A stretch of DNA of 64,000 bases from Candidatus Poriferihabitaceae bacterium. Its GTDB lineage: Bacteria; Pseudomonadota; Gammaproteobacteria; Arenicellales; Poriferihabitantaceae. The notes under the pieces are model-generated. The model ran no database searches. It was not told the DNA's origin and saw only the letters and a program-made list of their open reading frames with translations. This document shows, one piece after another, positions 46,490 through 56,484 of this stretch; the stretch's first letter is position 1, and each line of letters opens with the position of its first letter. The translations under genes and the position numbers were made by a program. The DNA is taken from the NCBI GenBank assembly GCA_965204165.1, contig OZ241969.1, forward strand, positions 888,735 through 952,734. The letters run 5' to 3'.

Positions 46490-47389
46490 TGGGAAAAGTT
46501 TGTGGAAGGGGATTTTATTTCTGTAAACCTGGAACAGGCCGCCGACAGGCTGGATAAGACAGTTCGAAGTCCCCTGCAGAAAGAAGCACTCAAAGCCTTT
46601 CAAAAACTCGCAAGCCATCGCAACAAGACGGTCCATTTCTTCCATGAGGGTCTCTCGAACGAAGCGAGTCAAGAAATGCGGAAAGACCTTGCAAGAGAAC
46701 GACTCAATGCCTGGTATTTCTTGCACAGAATACTGGTAAACCAGTGGACTGAATTGTTTTCTTACTGGTCGGGTCAGCTTGAAGATCTAAACGACAGGAT
46801 GCTTGGCCTTAGTGACTACCTTAGGATCATATTTGACCAATTGAAGCCTGAAATTGATCAGGCAAGAGAAAACGGGAAGATATGGGAAAAGTGTCCATCC
46901 TGCACATTTCCTGCTCTTGGCTGCGAACCCGAATTGGGAGTGCCCGAGTGGACGATATGTTCCGTTTGCCGTTTCGCTGCAAGATACCTGATGATCAATT
47001 GCCCCGATTGCCATAGCGACTGCGGCAAGCCAGTTTTTTTTATGGAGGAAGGATGGGGCCAGTGTACTTGCTGTGGACGTGATTTCGATCCCGAACAACT
47101 GGCAGAGGCTTTGATCGATCCGGTCGCCGCGCGTGAGGCAAAAAAAGGCGGCGACAACCTACTTGCCAATTGTGATTTTTGTGACGCAAGCCATACGGTT
47201 GTTCACGTTGATCAAATCGAAGGGCAGTACTTCTGCACATCCTGCTTCAATTATTCTGAAGCAATCGAAAATTGTCTAAGGTGCGGCGAGCCCAACACCG
47301 GCGATATGACAAACAGTGCCTGGGCAGGGTGTAATGTCTGTGGTATCGGACTTAGTATTTATCAATCAAATCAAGGCGGCAATCCGTAA
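46460..47389 (+). pseudogene. HEPN/zinc-ribbon protein, C-terminal part
   Basis: WEKFVEGDFISVNLEQAADRL...LASHRNKTVHFFH (R-x4-H), followed by at least four CxxC pairs (CPSC, CSVC, CPDC, CTCC, CDFC, CTSC, CLRC, CNVC). Confidence 0.65.
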
Positions 47390-47796
47390 TGAAGTGAGAT
47401 TCTTTCTCGTCAAGATTTCTCACCCGCAATAGGCTCTCACTACTTTCCCAGCATCAGGGTATCTTCGCGATAATTTCACCTTTCTGTTTATCGCCTGACG
47501 GTTTCTTACTTCCCATTCCGCAACCGGTATCCGGTCTGTAGTCCCCTGATCTCCGAGGGCAGGCAACCAGAACTTGCTCCATCAGTGAGGCACTGCTGAA
47601 GACGGTCACTGTTCGGCACTGCGCCTTATCTGAACTTGCGGCGACGCCCCACAAATTCACCAGTCATGCAGTAACGCCGGTGACATGGTTCCACTCAGAA
47701 TCCTGTCCCTAATCAACAGGTGTGAAGGGTTTGGTCAGGCTTGGGCAAAGGCCCGGTCCCTGAGAGAGGACAGGGCTCCCGTCCACTTACCGGAGC

Positions 47797-48822
47797 ATGC
47801 CCATGACCGAACCCATTTCGGCCGACTACACCCTGCGGCCGTCCGCACTCGCCGGAATCCTCGCCCTGCTGATCGAGGCCCGCCAACCGGCTATGGTCTG
47901 GGGTCCGCCCGGGGCGGCCAAGTCACAAATCGCCCAACAGGTCGCAAGGGACACAGGACGCCACTACGTCGACGTGCGCGCCCTCCTCCTCGATCCCGTG
48001 GACCTCCGCGGCGTCCCCTGGCGCGATTCGTCCGACCGCACCCGCTGGGCGCCGCCCGCGTTCCTGCCGCCCACGGACGATGCCGGCCAGTGGCTCATCA
48101 ACCTGGAGGAACTGCCCTCCGCTGTCCCCATGGTCCAGGCGGCCCTGTACCAGCTCGTCCTCGACCGTGCGGTCGGCGAGTATCGATTGCCCGAGGGCGC
48201 CGCCGTCATCGCCTGCGGCAACCGCGAGACCGACCGCGGGGTCGTCCACCGCATGCCGACGCCCCTCGCCTCCCGTTTCGTTCATCTGGAGATCCGGGTG
48301 GATGCGGCGGACTGGACCGCCTGGGGCGCCGCCAACGGAATCTCCCCGGAAGTTCTCTTTTTCATTCAGCTCAGGCCTGAACTGCTGCACCAGTTCGATC
48401 CGCAGTCGAAGGAGAAGGCGTTCCCCTGCCCACGCACCTGGGAATTCGTCTCGAACATCATGCGGAACCGCAGCGGCCTCGATCCTGAAGCTGAAAAATC
48501 ACTGTTCCGGGGCACCGTCGGCGAGGCCGCCGCCATCGAGTTCGCCGCCTTCCTCAACGTCTGGCGAGAGTTGCCCCATCCTCGGGCGGTCATCAACGAC
48601 CCGGAAAACGCCGACATCCCCGACAACCAGAGCGCGCTCATCGCATTGTGCGGCAGCCTCTACCGGCTCGCCAGCGACGTCAACCTGGACGCCATCGTCG
48701 CCTACGCCACGCGCCTGCGTCGCGAGGTCGGCGAATTCCTGGTCGGCTCCTGCATCCGCCGGGACCCGGGCCTTCAGCGCACCCCGGCCTTCATCCGCTG
48801 GGCCGCCACGAAGACAGCCTGA
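47797..48822 (+). CDS. MoxR/AAA_5-type ATPase
   Basis: Walker A GPPGAAKS, Walker B-like WLINLEEL, sensor region ACGNRETDRG. Confidence 0.85.
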   Translation: MPMTEPISADYTLRPSALAGILALLIEARQPAMVWGPPGAAKSQIAQQVARDTGRHYVDVRALLLDPVDLRGVPWRDSSDRTRWAPPAFLPPTDDAGQWLINLEELPSAVPMVQAALYQLVLDRAVGEYRLPEGAAVIACGNRETDRGVVHRMPTPLASRFVHLEIRVDAADWTAWGAANGISPEVLFFIQLRPELLHQFDPQSKEKAFPCPRTWEFVSNIMRNRSGLDPEAEKSLFRGTVGEAAAIEFAAFLNVWRELPHPRAVINDPENADIPDNQSALIALCGSLYRLASDVNLDAIVAYATRLRREVGEFLVGSCIRRDPGLQRTPAFIRWAATKTA

Positions 48823-48883
48823 TTTTCTGAACATCCGGTTCAGCCCCTATCACCTATCCAACCAACTTCCCCGGAGGTAACCG

Positions 48884-49783
48884 ATGGAACTCGAAAAAGA
48901 CGCGATGCTGGTCAGCCTGCGGATCAGCGCATGGTCCGGCCGGCTCTACGACCGCCAGGCGAGCGACCATGTCGCCGTCCACCACGACGCCGCCACCAAT
49001 GCAGGGCGGTACAACAAGCGCCTGCTCCCCAAGTCCGCCTTCGCCGTGCTGAACGCGGTCATGGGCAAGGCGAGGGCATTGCACTACGCCAACACGCTGG
49101 CCTGGGACGACCAGGGATACCGGCTGCTCACCGTGTCCAACTACGACCGCTACACGGAACTCATGGACGAGATGCAGGAGAAGGTGGTCAAGGAAAGGAC
49201 CCGGTTCATCCGGGACTACGACGACAACGTCGAGCAGGCCAGGACCGACCTCGGAAAGCTCTTCCGCATGGAGGACTATCCCTCGAAGGATTCGCTCCAG
49301 GGCCGGTTCGCCATCCGCTACCGCGTCGTCCCGGTGCCCCATGCCGACCATTTCATGGCAAGGCTCGCCTCGGACGATCTTGTTAAAGTCAGAAAAGACA
49401 TGGAGAGCCAGATCGGAGAGCGGATCCACGACGCCGTGGGCGACCTGTACCGACGGCTGGGAGAGGCCGTGGAGCGTGTCTCGAAGCGGCTCGGGAACGA
49501 CGAGAACGGCAAGCCATTGGTGTTCCGGAACTCCATGATCGAGAACATCCGGGAACTGGTCGATATCGTTCCCCGCCTCAACATCTTCGGCAACCATGAA
49601 CTGGCGCAGCTGTGTGAGCAGGTGAAGGACCGGATCGCGAGCGTGGACCCCGATACCCTGCGTCCCTCGCAGTCCTACGACCCGGTGGTCCGCAGGCAGG
49701 TCAAGCGGGACGCCGACGCACTGATGGAACAGTTCGCGGGGTATTTTCAGGTTCCCGCCGAACCTGCGCGGGAGGCAGCGTGA
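48884..49783 (+). CDS. DUF3150-like protein
   Basis: LVSLRISAWSGRLYDRQAS...LFRMEDYPSKDSLQGRFAIRYRVVPVPHADHF matches my recollection of the DUF3150 pattern. Typical partner of MoxR and VWA genes on conjugative elements. Confidence 0.65.
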   Translation: MELEKDAMLVSLRISAWSGRLYDRQASDHVAVHHDAATNAGRYNKRLLPKSAFAVLNAVMGKARALHYANTLAWDDQGYRLLTVSNYDRYTELMDEMQEKVVKERTRFIRDYDDNVEQARTDLGKLFRMEDYPSKDSLQGRFAIRYRVVPVPHADHFMARLASDDLVKVRKDMESQIGERIHDAVGDLYRRLGEAVERVSKRLGNDENGKPLVFRNSMIENIRELVDIVPRLNIFGNHELAQLCEQVKDRIASVDPDTLRPSQSYDPVVRRQVKRDADALMEQFAGYFQVPAEPAREAA

Positions 49784-51339
49784 GCAACCGCGCCGCCGCG
49801 GAGTCCGCCAGGCGCGTCAGCGGCTGCGTAGGGGAACTGCTCCGTACGCAACCCTTCTTCGGCAGCCTGGCCCTCAGGCTGCCGCTTGTTCCCGACTCCA
49901 CGAGAAAGACGCTTGGATGCGATGGACAGAACATCCGGTATTCGCCGCAGTGGATTGCGGAGACCGATGCCCACCTGGTGGCGACCGCCATCGCCAGGGT
50001 GGTTCTCGCCTGTGCCCTGAAACATCACACACGGCGCGATGAACGGGATCTGGAGCGCTGGCAGCGCGCCTCCCAGCTCGTGACCCACGGAATGCTGCGG
50101 GACGCGGGGTTCACCCTGCCGGACGATGCCGAGGCGTGGGAGGAGATGAGCGTGGAAGAGGCCTACAACCGGTTGCCGGATCCCGAACCGGAAGAAGGCG
50201 GTTCCGGCCAGTCCCCGCCGGATACGGGCATGGAAATGCCTGAATCAGCCGGGGGCGGTGACGATTCCGATGAAACGGAAGATCCGGAATCGGATCCATC
50301 CGGCAATTCCGATCAATCGGATGATTCGGACCAATCAGGCCAGTCAGATAACCCGGATGATTCCGGCGGGCAGGACGATTCCGGGGATCAGAATAACTCC
50401 GGTGACCCGGACGATGCCAACGATCGGGACGATTCCGGAAATTCGAATGATTCCGGCGATTCAGGAAACACGGATAACCATGATCAGCAGGATGATACTG
50501 ACCAGCAAGACGATACTGGCCCGCAGAATGACCCGAACCCGGATGGTTCAGATGACAACGCCGAACCTGAAGCCCAAAAAAGCCACGACCCCGCCGGCAC
50601 TGGCGAAGTCATGGACTCTTTTCGGCCTCAGGATCAAACGTCAGACCAGCCGGGAAGTTCGGCCACGGACGAGACCCTGAAGAACGAGGAAGAGAAGAAA
50701 TGGGACGAGGCCATGCACCAGGCGCTCAGCATCGCCAGTGCCGAGGGCAAGGCGCCGGGGCAGGTCAGCGAGACCATCCGGGACGCCCATGCGGGCACGC
50801 TGGACTGGAAGACCCTGCTCCGCCAGTACATGGTCGACGCGGTCAAGCGGGACTACAGTTGGAGCGTGCCCAACCGGCGCTTCATCGACGGCGGGCTCTA
50901 CCTGCCCTCGATCCGGACGGACGGGATCGAAAGCATCGCCGTCATCATCGACACCTCCGCTTCGATCTGGTGCCGGCCGCAGATCCTCGAGATGTTCTGG
51001 TCCGAGGTGCGCCAGGTGGTGCTGGATATCCAGCCCGAGGAGTTGATCGTGCTGCAGGTGGACGAAATCCTCCGGGAGGCCACCGAATATTCCATGGACA
51101 ACCTGCCTGACGAGATTGAACTCAAGGGCCGGAGGGGAACCGATTTCCGGCCGGGGTTCGCCTGGCTGGAGGAACAGGGGAAACAGCCGGGGGTCTGCCT
51201 CTACCTCACCGACATGGAGTGCACCTCTTATCCCGATACAGAACCCGATTTTTCCGTGGCGTGGATCAACTGGTCGAAACCGCCAGCCGACTGGCACCGG
51301 GAGCCCTGGGGTGAGCGGATCGACATGGCTGGAATCTGA
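49780..51339 (+). CDS. VWA-domain protein with DUF2201-like N domain and a long acidic low-complexity linker
   Basis: N-terminal LLRTQPFFGSLALRLPLVPD...CDGQNIRYSPQW. A D/S/G/N/Q-rich linker of about 110 aa. C-terminal IAVIIDTSASI (a VWA/MIDAS-like DxSxS variant). GTGA overlap with the upstream gene. Confidence 0.75.
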   Translation: MSNRAAAESARRVSGCVGELLRTQPFFGSLALRLPLVPDSTRKTLGCDGQNIRYSPQWIAETDAHLVATAIARVVLACALKHHTRRDERDLERWQRASQLVTHGMLRDAGFTLPDDAEAWEEMSVEEAYNRLPDPEPEEGGSGQSPPDTGMEMPESAGGGDDSDETEDPESDPSGNSDQSDDSDQSGQSDNPDDSGGQDDSGDQNNSGDPDDANDRDDSGNSNDSGDSGNTDNHDQQDDTDQQDDTGPQNDPNPDGSDDNAEPEAQKSHDPAGTGEVMDSFRPQDQTSDQPGSSATDETLKNEEEKKWDEAMHQALSIASAEGKAPGQVSETIRDAHAGTLDWKTLLRQYMVDAVKRDYSWSVPNRRFIDGGLYLPSIRTDGIESIAVIIDTSASIWCRPQILEMFWSEVRQVVLDIQPEELIVLQVDEILREATEYSMDNLPDEIELKGRRGTDFRPGFAWLEEQGKQPGVCLYLTDMECTSYPDTEPDFSVAWINWSKPPADWHREPWGERIDMAGI

Positions 51340-51547
51340 AACCGGTGTATCATTCGCTCGTCCACGCAACCCCAAAGGAAAAGGGCGCCACGCTCACGAT
51401 CCGCTACCGGGTGCCGGGAAACTCCTGGGTCATCCATCTTTCGCGGCCGCCGGTTCGGACCGTTGCGAACCGTCGCAAAAAATTTCATGGCGGCATGCCC
51501 GGCTGAAAAATGCCGGATCGCTTCCATCGAATAACTGAAAAACCACG

Positions 51548-51772
51548 ATGTCCGACCTCACGCTCCACGAGGAAATCCGCAACATACTCATCGCCAACGA
51601 CAACGCCTGGCTGACCACTGGCGAGATCGCCGAACAGGTGAACCGCCGGGGCAGGTACCGGAAGAAGGACCGCAGCGAGGTCACCGACTACCAGATACAC
51701 GGGCGCACGAAGAACTATCCCGACCTGTTCGAGCGTAAAGGCAGCCTGGTGCGCTGCCTGAAGCTTCCGTAA
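51548..51772 (+). CDS. small winged-helix-like hypothetical protein (74 aa)
   Basis: MSDLTLHEEIRNILIANDNAWLTTGEIAEQVNRRGRYRKKDRSEV.... No family assigned. Confidence 0.5.
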   Translation: MSDLTLHEEIRNILIANDNAWLTTGEIAEQVNRRGRYRKKDRSEVTDYQIHGRTKNYPDLFERKGSLVRCLKLP

Positions 51773-51995
51773 CCCACCCCTCCCACCATACCCGATCGTT
51801 CCCCTCCCGGGCGGTTATCCGCCCGCGGAACATTCCCCAGTATTCAACACCGCTTCGCCGATGACGGCCCACCGCCGGGCGAGCCGCCCATGGAGGCGGA
51901 GGCGGGGGGTTTGGAGGCGGTCGCGGCCGGCCGGAGAGAGCGGTCCCGCGATTTCATTCAATCTTTCCTTCAACCCTCCCAACCAAGGAGACTCC

Positions 51996-54344
51996 ATGAA
52001 CCAGATCACAGCACCGCCCGAACTCCTCGTTCGGCAAATCCCCCTCGACCGGCTCGTCCTCGCCCCCGAGAACGTCCGGAAGACCCCGCCCGACAAGACC
52101 GCCCAGGCCGAACTCGAGGCATCCATCCAGGCCCACGGCCTGCTGGAGAACCTCGTCGTCCGCGCCGACGATTCCGGGAATTCGGGAAAGTCCGGGAAAT
52201 CCAAAAGCGCCAAGACCAAGGCGGGCGAGAAATTCGCCGTGGTAGCCGGCGGCCGCCGCCTCCTCGCCCTGGAAGCGCTGGCAAAGGCCGGAGTCCTGTC
52301 TTCCGACCACCCGATCCCCTGCCGGATCGCCCAGCATGAGAACCTGGAAGAACTGTCGCTGGCCGAAAACGTCGTCCGGATCGCCATGCACCCAGCCGAC
52401 CAGGTGGTGTCGTTCGCAAGGCTGATGCGGGAGGGGGCCACCGTGGGAACCATCGCCGCCCGCTTCGGCGTATCCGAGCGCACCGTTGAACAACGCCTCC
52501 GGCTCGGCAATGCCGCCCCGGAACTGCTCGACGCCTACCGCGCCGGGGAGATGGACCTTGCGGCGCTCAAGGCTTTCTCCATGACCGCCGACCACGAGCG
52601 GCAGCGCACGGTCTGGGAGCAGCTTTCCAACGAGCGGTATCAGCCCACCGAATGGCAGATACGCCGCCTGCTCACCGAGGAACGGGTTTCTTCAGCCTCA
52701 TCCGTGGCGCGTTTCGTCGGCGTCGATGAATACGTCGCCGCAGGCGGCCCGGTCATGCGGGATCTGTTCGCCGACGAAGGCGAAAGCGGCGAATGGTTCG
52801 AGGATCCCGCGCTGCTCAATGACCTGGCCATGAAGAAGCTCCAGGCGGCGGCCGACGAACTGTCCACCCGCTGGAAATGGGCATTGCCGGTGCTGGAGAT
52901 GAACTGGACCTCGGCCTACGAGTTCGGACAGATCAATCCCCAGCCGGGCAAGCCCACTCCGAAGGAGACGATCGACCTTGCGAACATCAACGCCCGCATG
53001 GACGAACTCGCCGAGATCCCCGACGACCAATGGACCGACAAGCTGGAGGCCGAGGCCGAGAAGCTGGAGGGCCGTATGAACGCCATCATGGAGAAGGTCG
53101 GGAAGCGCGCCAAGTTCCGCAGGGAAGATTTCGCCATCGGCGGCTGCATCGTCACCATCGATCGCGAAGGCAAGCTGCAGGTCGTCCAGGGCTTGGTGAA
53201 GATTGAGGATCTGCCGGTTCCGGAAGAGAACAAGGATGGTGAGAAGGGTGGGAACGATCCCGATGCCGCGGATGAAGACGACAACCACATCACGCCGCCT
53301 TCCGCGTCACCGAAGAGCGCCAATCCGAGCGCCAGGGCACGGGAGGAAGCCGGGGTCGGCATCGGCCTCGCCGACGACCTGCGCGCCATCCGGGCGGGGA
53401 TCGTCAAGGTCCATCTCGCCGAGGACTTCGAGGCGGCCTTCGACCTCGCGGTGTTCCAGGCGGCGAGGGCCGTGTTCGACCGTAGCCACGCCGGTGGCTG
53501 GGATTCCCTGGACATTTCCTTCCGGCCCACGGCCAAACGTCCGCCCGTCCGGATGAACCACGAGGACTTCGGGTTCTGGAGCCCGGCGGAGGATTCCCTG
53601 GACGACTGGTCTTCCCTGCCTCTACGCTGGATGGAGGAGGAAGACGACGGAGCCCGCTTCGCCGCCCTCAGGAAACTGCCCCGCGAGAAGAAGGAAAGGT
53701 TGTTCGCCGCCGCCGTCGCGCGGACCTTGAGGGGCCAGCTGTCCTTCGAGTACTACGCCCGCCCGGAACTGGAGGCCACCGTGGCCCGGCTGGACATCGA
53801 CTTCGCGAAGGAGGTGCGGCCCACCGCCGATCTCCTGTGGTCGCGCCTGCGCAAGGACCATCTCCTCGCGATCGCCGGCAAGACCCTCGGCGGCACCTGG
53901 GCCCAGGACCGCTCGAAGTACCGCAAGGCGGATCTGGCGATGGCGATGGAGAAGGCGTTCTCCAACAGCGTCGACGGAGACGCGCCCAGTGGCGTCACGC
54001 CCGCCCAGCACGCCGCCGCGCTGGCATGGTCCATGCCGGGTTTCGCGCCCTTCGAGACCGGCGGCCTGGATCCCACTGAATCCGTGACGGATGGTAAGTC
54101 TGTAACAGACGGTAAATCCGTGACGGACGGCAAGTCAGAAACGGACGGCCAGCCGGAGACGCAAGAAAAATCCGGAACGGACGCCGCCACGGAGGGATCC
54201 CCAGCCGCCACGGATGACGCAGGAAAAACCCTGCGGGTGGTGAACGGAAGCGGCCCGGCGGAGCAGGACGATGCCGGTTCGGCCGACACGGACGGGGACG
54301 GGGCCGAGGAAGCCGTGCCAGGTTTCCTGCAGGCCGTCCATTGA
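51996..54344 (+). CDS. ParB/Srx-domain protein (large, conjugative-element type)
   Basis: AAGGAG SD. IPLDRLVLAPENVRKT...HGLLENLVV...VAGGRRLLAL are ParB box motifs. HTH-like IAARFGVSERTVEQRLRL. C-terminal (SVTDGK)3 repeat. Confidence 0.85.
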   Translation: MNQITAPPELLVRQIPLDRLVLAPENVRKTPPDKTAQAELEASIQAHGLLENLVVRADDSGNSGKSGKSKSAKTKAGEKFAVVAGGRRLLALEALAKAGVLSSDHPIPCRIAQHENLEELSLAENVVRIAMHPADQVVSFARLMREGATVGTIAARFGVSERTVEQRLRLGNAAPELLDAYRAGEMDLAALKAFSMTADHERQRTVWEQLSNERYQPTEWQIRRLLTEERVSSASSVARFVGVDEYVAAGGPVMRDLFADEGESGEWFEDPALLNDLAMKKLQAAADELSTRWKWALPVLEMNWTSAYEFGQINPQPGKPTPKETIDLANINARMDELAEIPDDQWTDKLEAEAEKLEGRMNAIMEKVGKRAKFRREDFAIGGCIVTIDREGKLQVVQGLVKIEDLPVPEENKDGEKGGNDPDAADEDDNHITPPSASPKSANPSARAREEAGVGIGLADDLRAIRAGIVKVHLAEDFEAAFDLAVFQAARAVFDRSHAGGWDSLDISFRPTAKRPPVRMNHEDFGFWSPAEDSLDDWSSLPLRWMEEEDDGARFAALRKLPREKKERLFAAAVARTLRGQLSFEYYARPELEATVARLDIDFAKEVRPTADLLWSRLRKDHLLAIAGKTLGGTWAQDRSKYRKADLAMAMEKAFSNSVDGDAPSGVTPAQHAAALAWSMPGFAPFETGGLDPTESVTDGKSVTDGKSVTDGKSETDGQPETQEKSGTDAATEGSPAATDDAGKTLRVVNGSGPAEQDDAGSADTDGDGAEEAVPGFLQAVH

Positions 54345-54456
54345 CCGGGGAATTCGGAATTTTCCGCAAGTTCCCGGCATCCCAACGAACCCCGGCTCCG
54401 GCCGGGGTTTTTCATCTTCAGTCTCAACCTTCCACACAGATCACCAGGGAGTTCCC

Positions 54457-56244
54457 ATGATCAACCCCAAAGACATCCCCACCGCCGATTCTGATGCACA
54501 AAAAATCCGGGCGGGGGTGCATGAGAGTGCGCTTCGACGGGTGACGAGAATGTTCGCTGGCATCGGCGACATCTGCACCGAACTGCTCCAGAACGCCCGC
54601 AGGGCCGGCGCGATACGAGTGTCCTTTACCCTGTCCCCTTCTTCCGAAGACGGTGTCATCGACGTCACCGTGACCGATGATGGAACCGGCATACGGGACC
54701 CCGCCGTCCTCCTGTCGTTCGGCGAAAACGGCTGGGACGGGGACCTGGTGCGCCGGGAGGACGCCGCCGGCATGGGTTTTCTCAGCCTCGCCCGCCGCGG
54801 TTGTCTGATATCTTCAAGGACCAGGGCCGAAGACGGGGCCGCGAGGTCCGGTTGGCGCGTCAGTATCGATCCGGAGCATTTCCTTGGCGAGTCCGAGGCG
54901 ACGGTGTATCCGGACGACACCGCCCCCTACCCCCACGGCACGTCCGTCCGGTTCCGGGCGTCGGCAGCCCAGGAAGGGGAACATCCCGGGGTCATCCGCA
55001 ACGCCGTCCAGACCGCCGCTCTTCATTACCCGCTTCCGGTCACGTTCACTGATCAGGTCACCCCGACCGAAGCGGAACCGATGCACAGAAAAGCCTTCCT
55101 GGACGGGGCGGTGCATGCGGAACCGTGGAAGGGGCTGGTGTTCGGCGTCTTCCGGAATCCCCGGCGCTTCGGCCTGGGGCTGGAGGACGTGAATTTCCAT
55201 GGGCTCACGATCCCGGTGCGGTTGCCGGGCGTGGAATCGGTGAACGGCGTCCACTGGAAGGCCGCAGCGGACATCGACAGCTGCCCAGACCTCGAACTGG
55301 TGCTGCCCGCACGCAAGGAAGCCGTGGAGACCCCCTTCCTCGGGAACATGAGGGAAACGGCGCGCCTTGCCATCTACCGGGCGATGGCCGCAGACGACGA
55401 CCCGAGACCCTCCTTTCTGGACTGGGAACAGGCGAGGGATGCGGGCATCGACATCAAACCCGCACCGCCCGAGCTCCGGCCCTGGCGTCCCGGCATCGCC
55501 GACATCGACGACTGGCGGGAGATTCCGAAGCTGCAGGCCATCGGGCCGGACGCGCTGCTCATGGACTGTGACCCGGAACCGCCCGAGGCACAGGCGATCT
55601 GGCGCGCGGCGAAGACGGGCGGTCTTGCCGGGCAGATCTTCGAGGCCGACGGCCGGCTCGAGGGATATCCGTGGTACGACCGCATCCCCCGGATCACCGG
55701 CGCCCGGTTCGAGGTCATCGGGAACGGCCGGACATGCCTGCCTGAGGATTACCCGGTGCCGGCGCCCCCGCGCCCGTACGAGGCGCCCCTGCCGGAGCGG
55801 CCGGACGCTATCTGCATCGGGCTCACGGTCAGGGCGAACACCAAGTTGGGCAGGAATCCCAATCCCGCCCTCTTCCTCGCCACCGACCTGGCCTTCGCCG
55901 GGGAGGCGTGGTCTTCCGTGGACCGTTCCCTGCCGCTGGTGACCGCCGACAGCGATATTTCGTCGCAGGAACTCGCCGACATTCTTCGGGATGCATTTTT
56001 TTCTCCCTCGGATGACATCGACGCGGACTCCCGGGAGACGCAGGAAACCCGGTTCGAGCAGGAAGCACGGCACATCGCCACCAGGCTCCTCGAGTCGGAC
56101 GAAGAGGCCATCCGGAATTCCATCGCCGGCGTGGTGGCGGAGGAACTTTTCTGGCTGATCCCCAGGGATCGGGGCGTGGACATCTCCGTGCGGGGACGGA
56201 AGGTGACGGTGGCGCTTCAGGAATCTGCGGGGAATGCCGGGTGA
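54457..56244 (+). CDS. GHKL-type (histidine kinase/HSP90-like) ATPase domain protein
   Basis: ELLQNARRAGA (N box), VTDDGTGIRDP (G1 box), EDAAGMGFLSLA (G2-like). Confidence 0.7.
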   Translation: MINPKDIPTADSDAQKIRAGVHESALRRVTRMFAGIGDICTELLQNARRAGAIRVSFTLSPSSEDGVIDVTVTDDGTGIRDPAVLLSFGENGWDGDLVRREDAAGMGFLSLARRGCLISSRTRAEDGAARSGWRVSIDPEHFLGESEATVYPDDTAPYPHGTSVRFRASAAQEGEHPGVIRNAVQTAALHYPLPVTFTDQVTPTEAEPMHRKAFLDGAVHAEPWKGLVFGVFRNPRRFGLGLEDVNFHGLTIPVRLPGVESVNGVHWKAAADIDSCPDLELVLPARKEAVETPFLGNMRETARLAIYRAMAADDDPRPSFLDWEQARDAGIDIKPAPPELRPWRPGIADIDDWREIPKLQAIGPDALLMDCDPEPPEAQAIWRAAKTGGLAGQIFEADGRLEGYPWYDRIPRITGARFEVIGNGRTCLPEDYPVPAPPRPYEAPLPERPDAICIGLTVRANTKLGRNPNPALFLATDLAFAGEAWSSVDRSLPLVTADSDISSQELADILRDAFFSPSDDIDADSRETQETRFEQEARHIATRLLESDEEAIRNSIAGVVAEELFWLIPRDRGVDISVRGRKVTVALQESAGNAG

Positions 56245-56484
56245 ATTCGTCGGCCGCGAATATCCGCGACACGTCTGCCGGGGCAGCATGCCTCCTGTCC
56301 GGTTGCCGCAACGGATGCGGCAACCGGGCCGGCGCCGCCTGGAGCCGGAGTCCTGACCGGGCCCTGGCGAAGGACTGAGGGCCGCGGGAGCCCCCGCGGT
56401 TTCCAACCCCCCATCGTCCGGCAACCATGCCCCACGCATGGCCGCCCGCTCCCTTTCAACTCCCCATCCGCCTCCGGAGGCCCC

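Noticed and set aside
54082-54150. In-frame 18-nt repeat (SVTDGK)3 in the ParB-like protein, and a 9-nt repeat (GGAACAGCG)3 at 9658-9690 and about 35566-35600.
   Set aside because: These are short in-frame low-complexity repeats in linker regions. They are noted as possible length polymorphisms, but nothing points to function.
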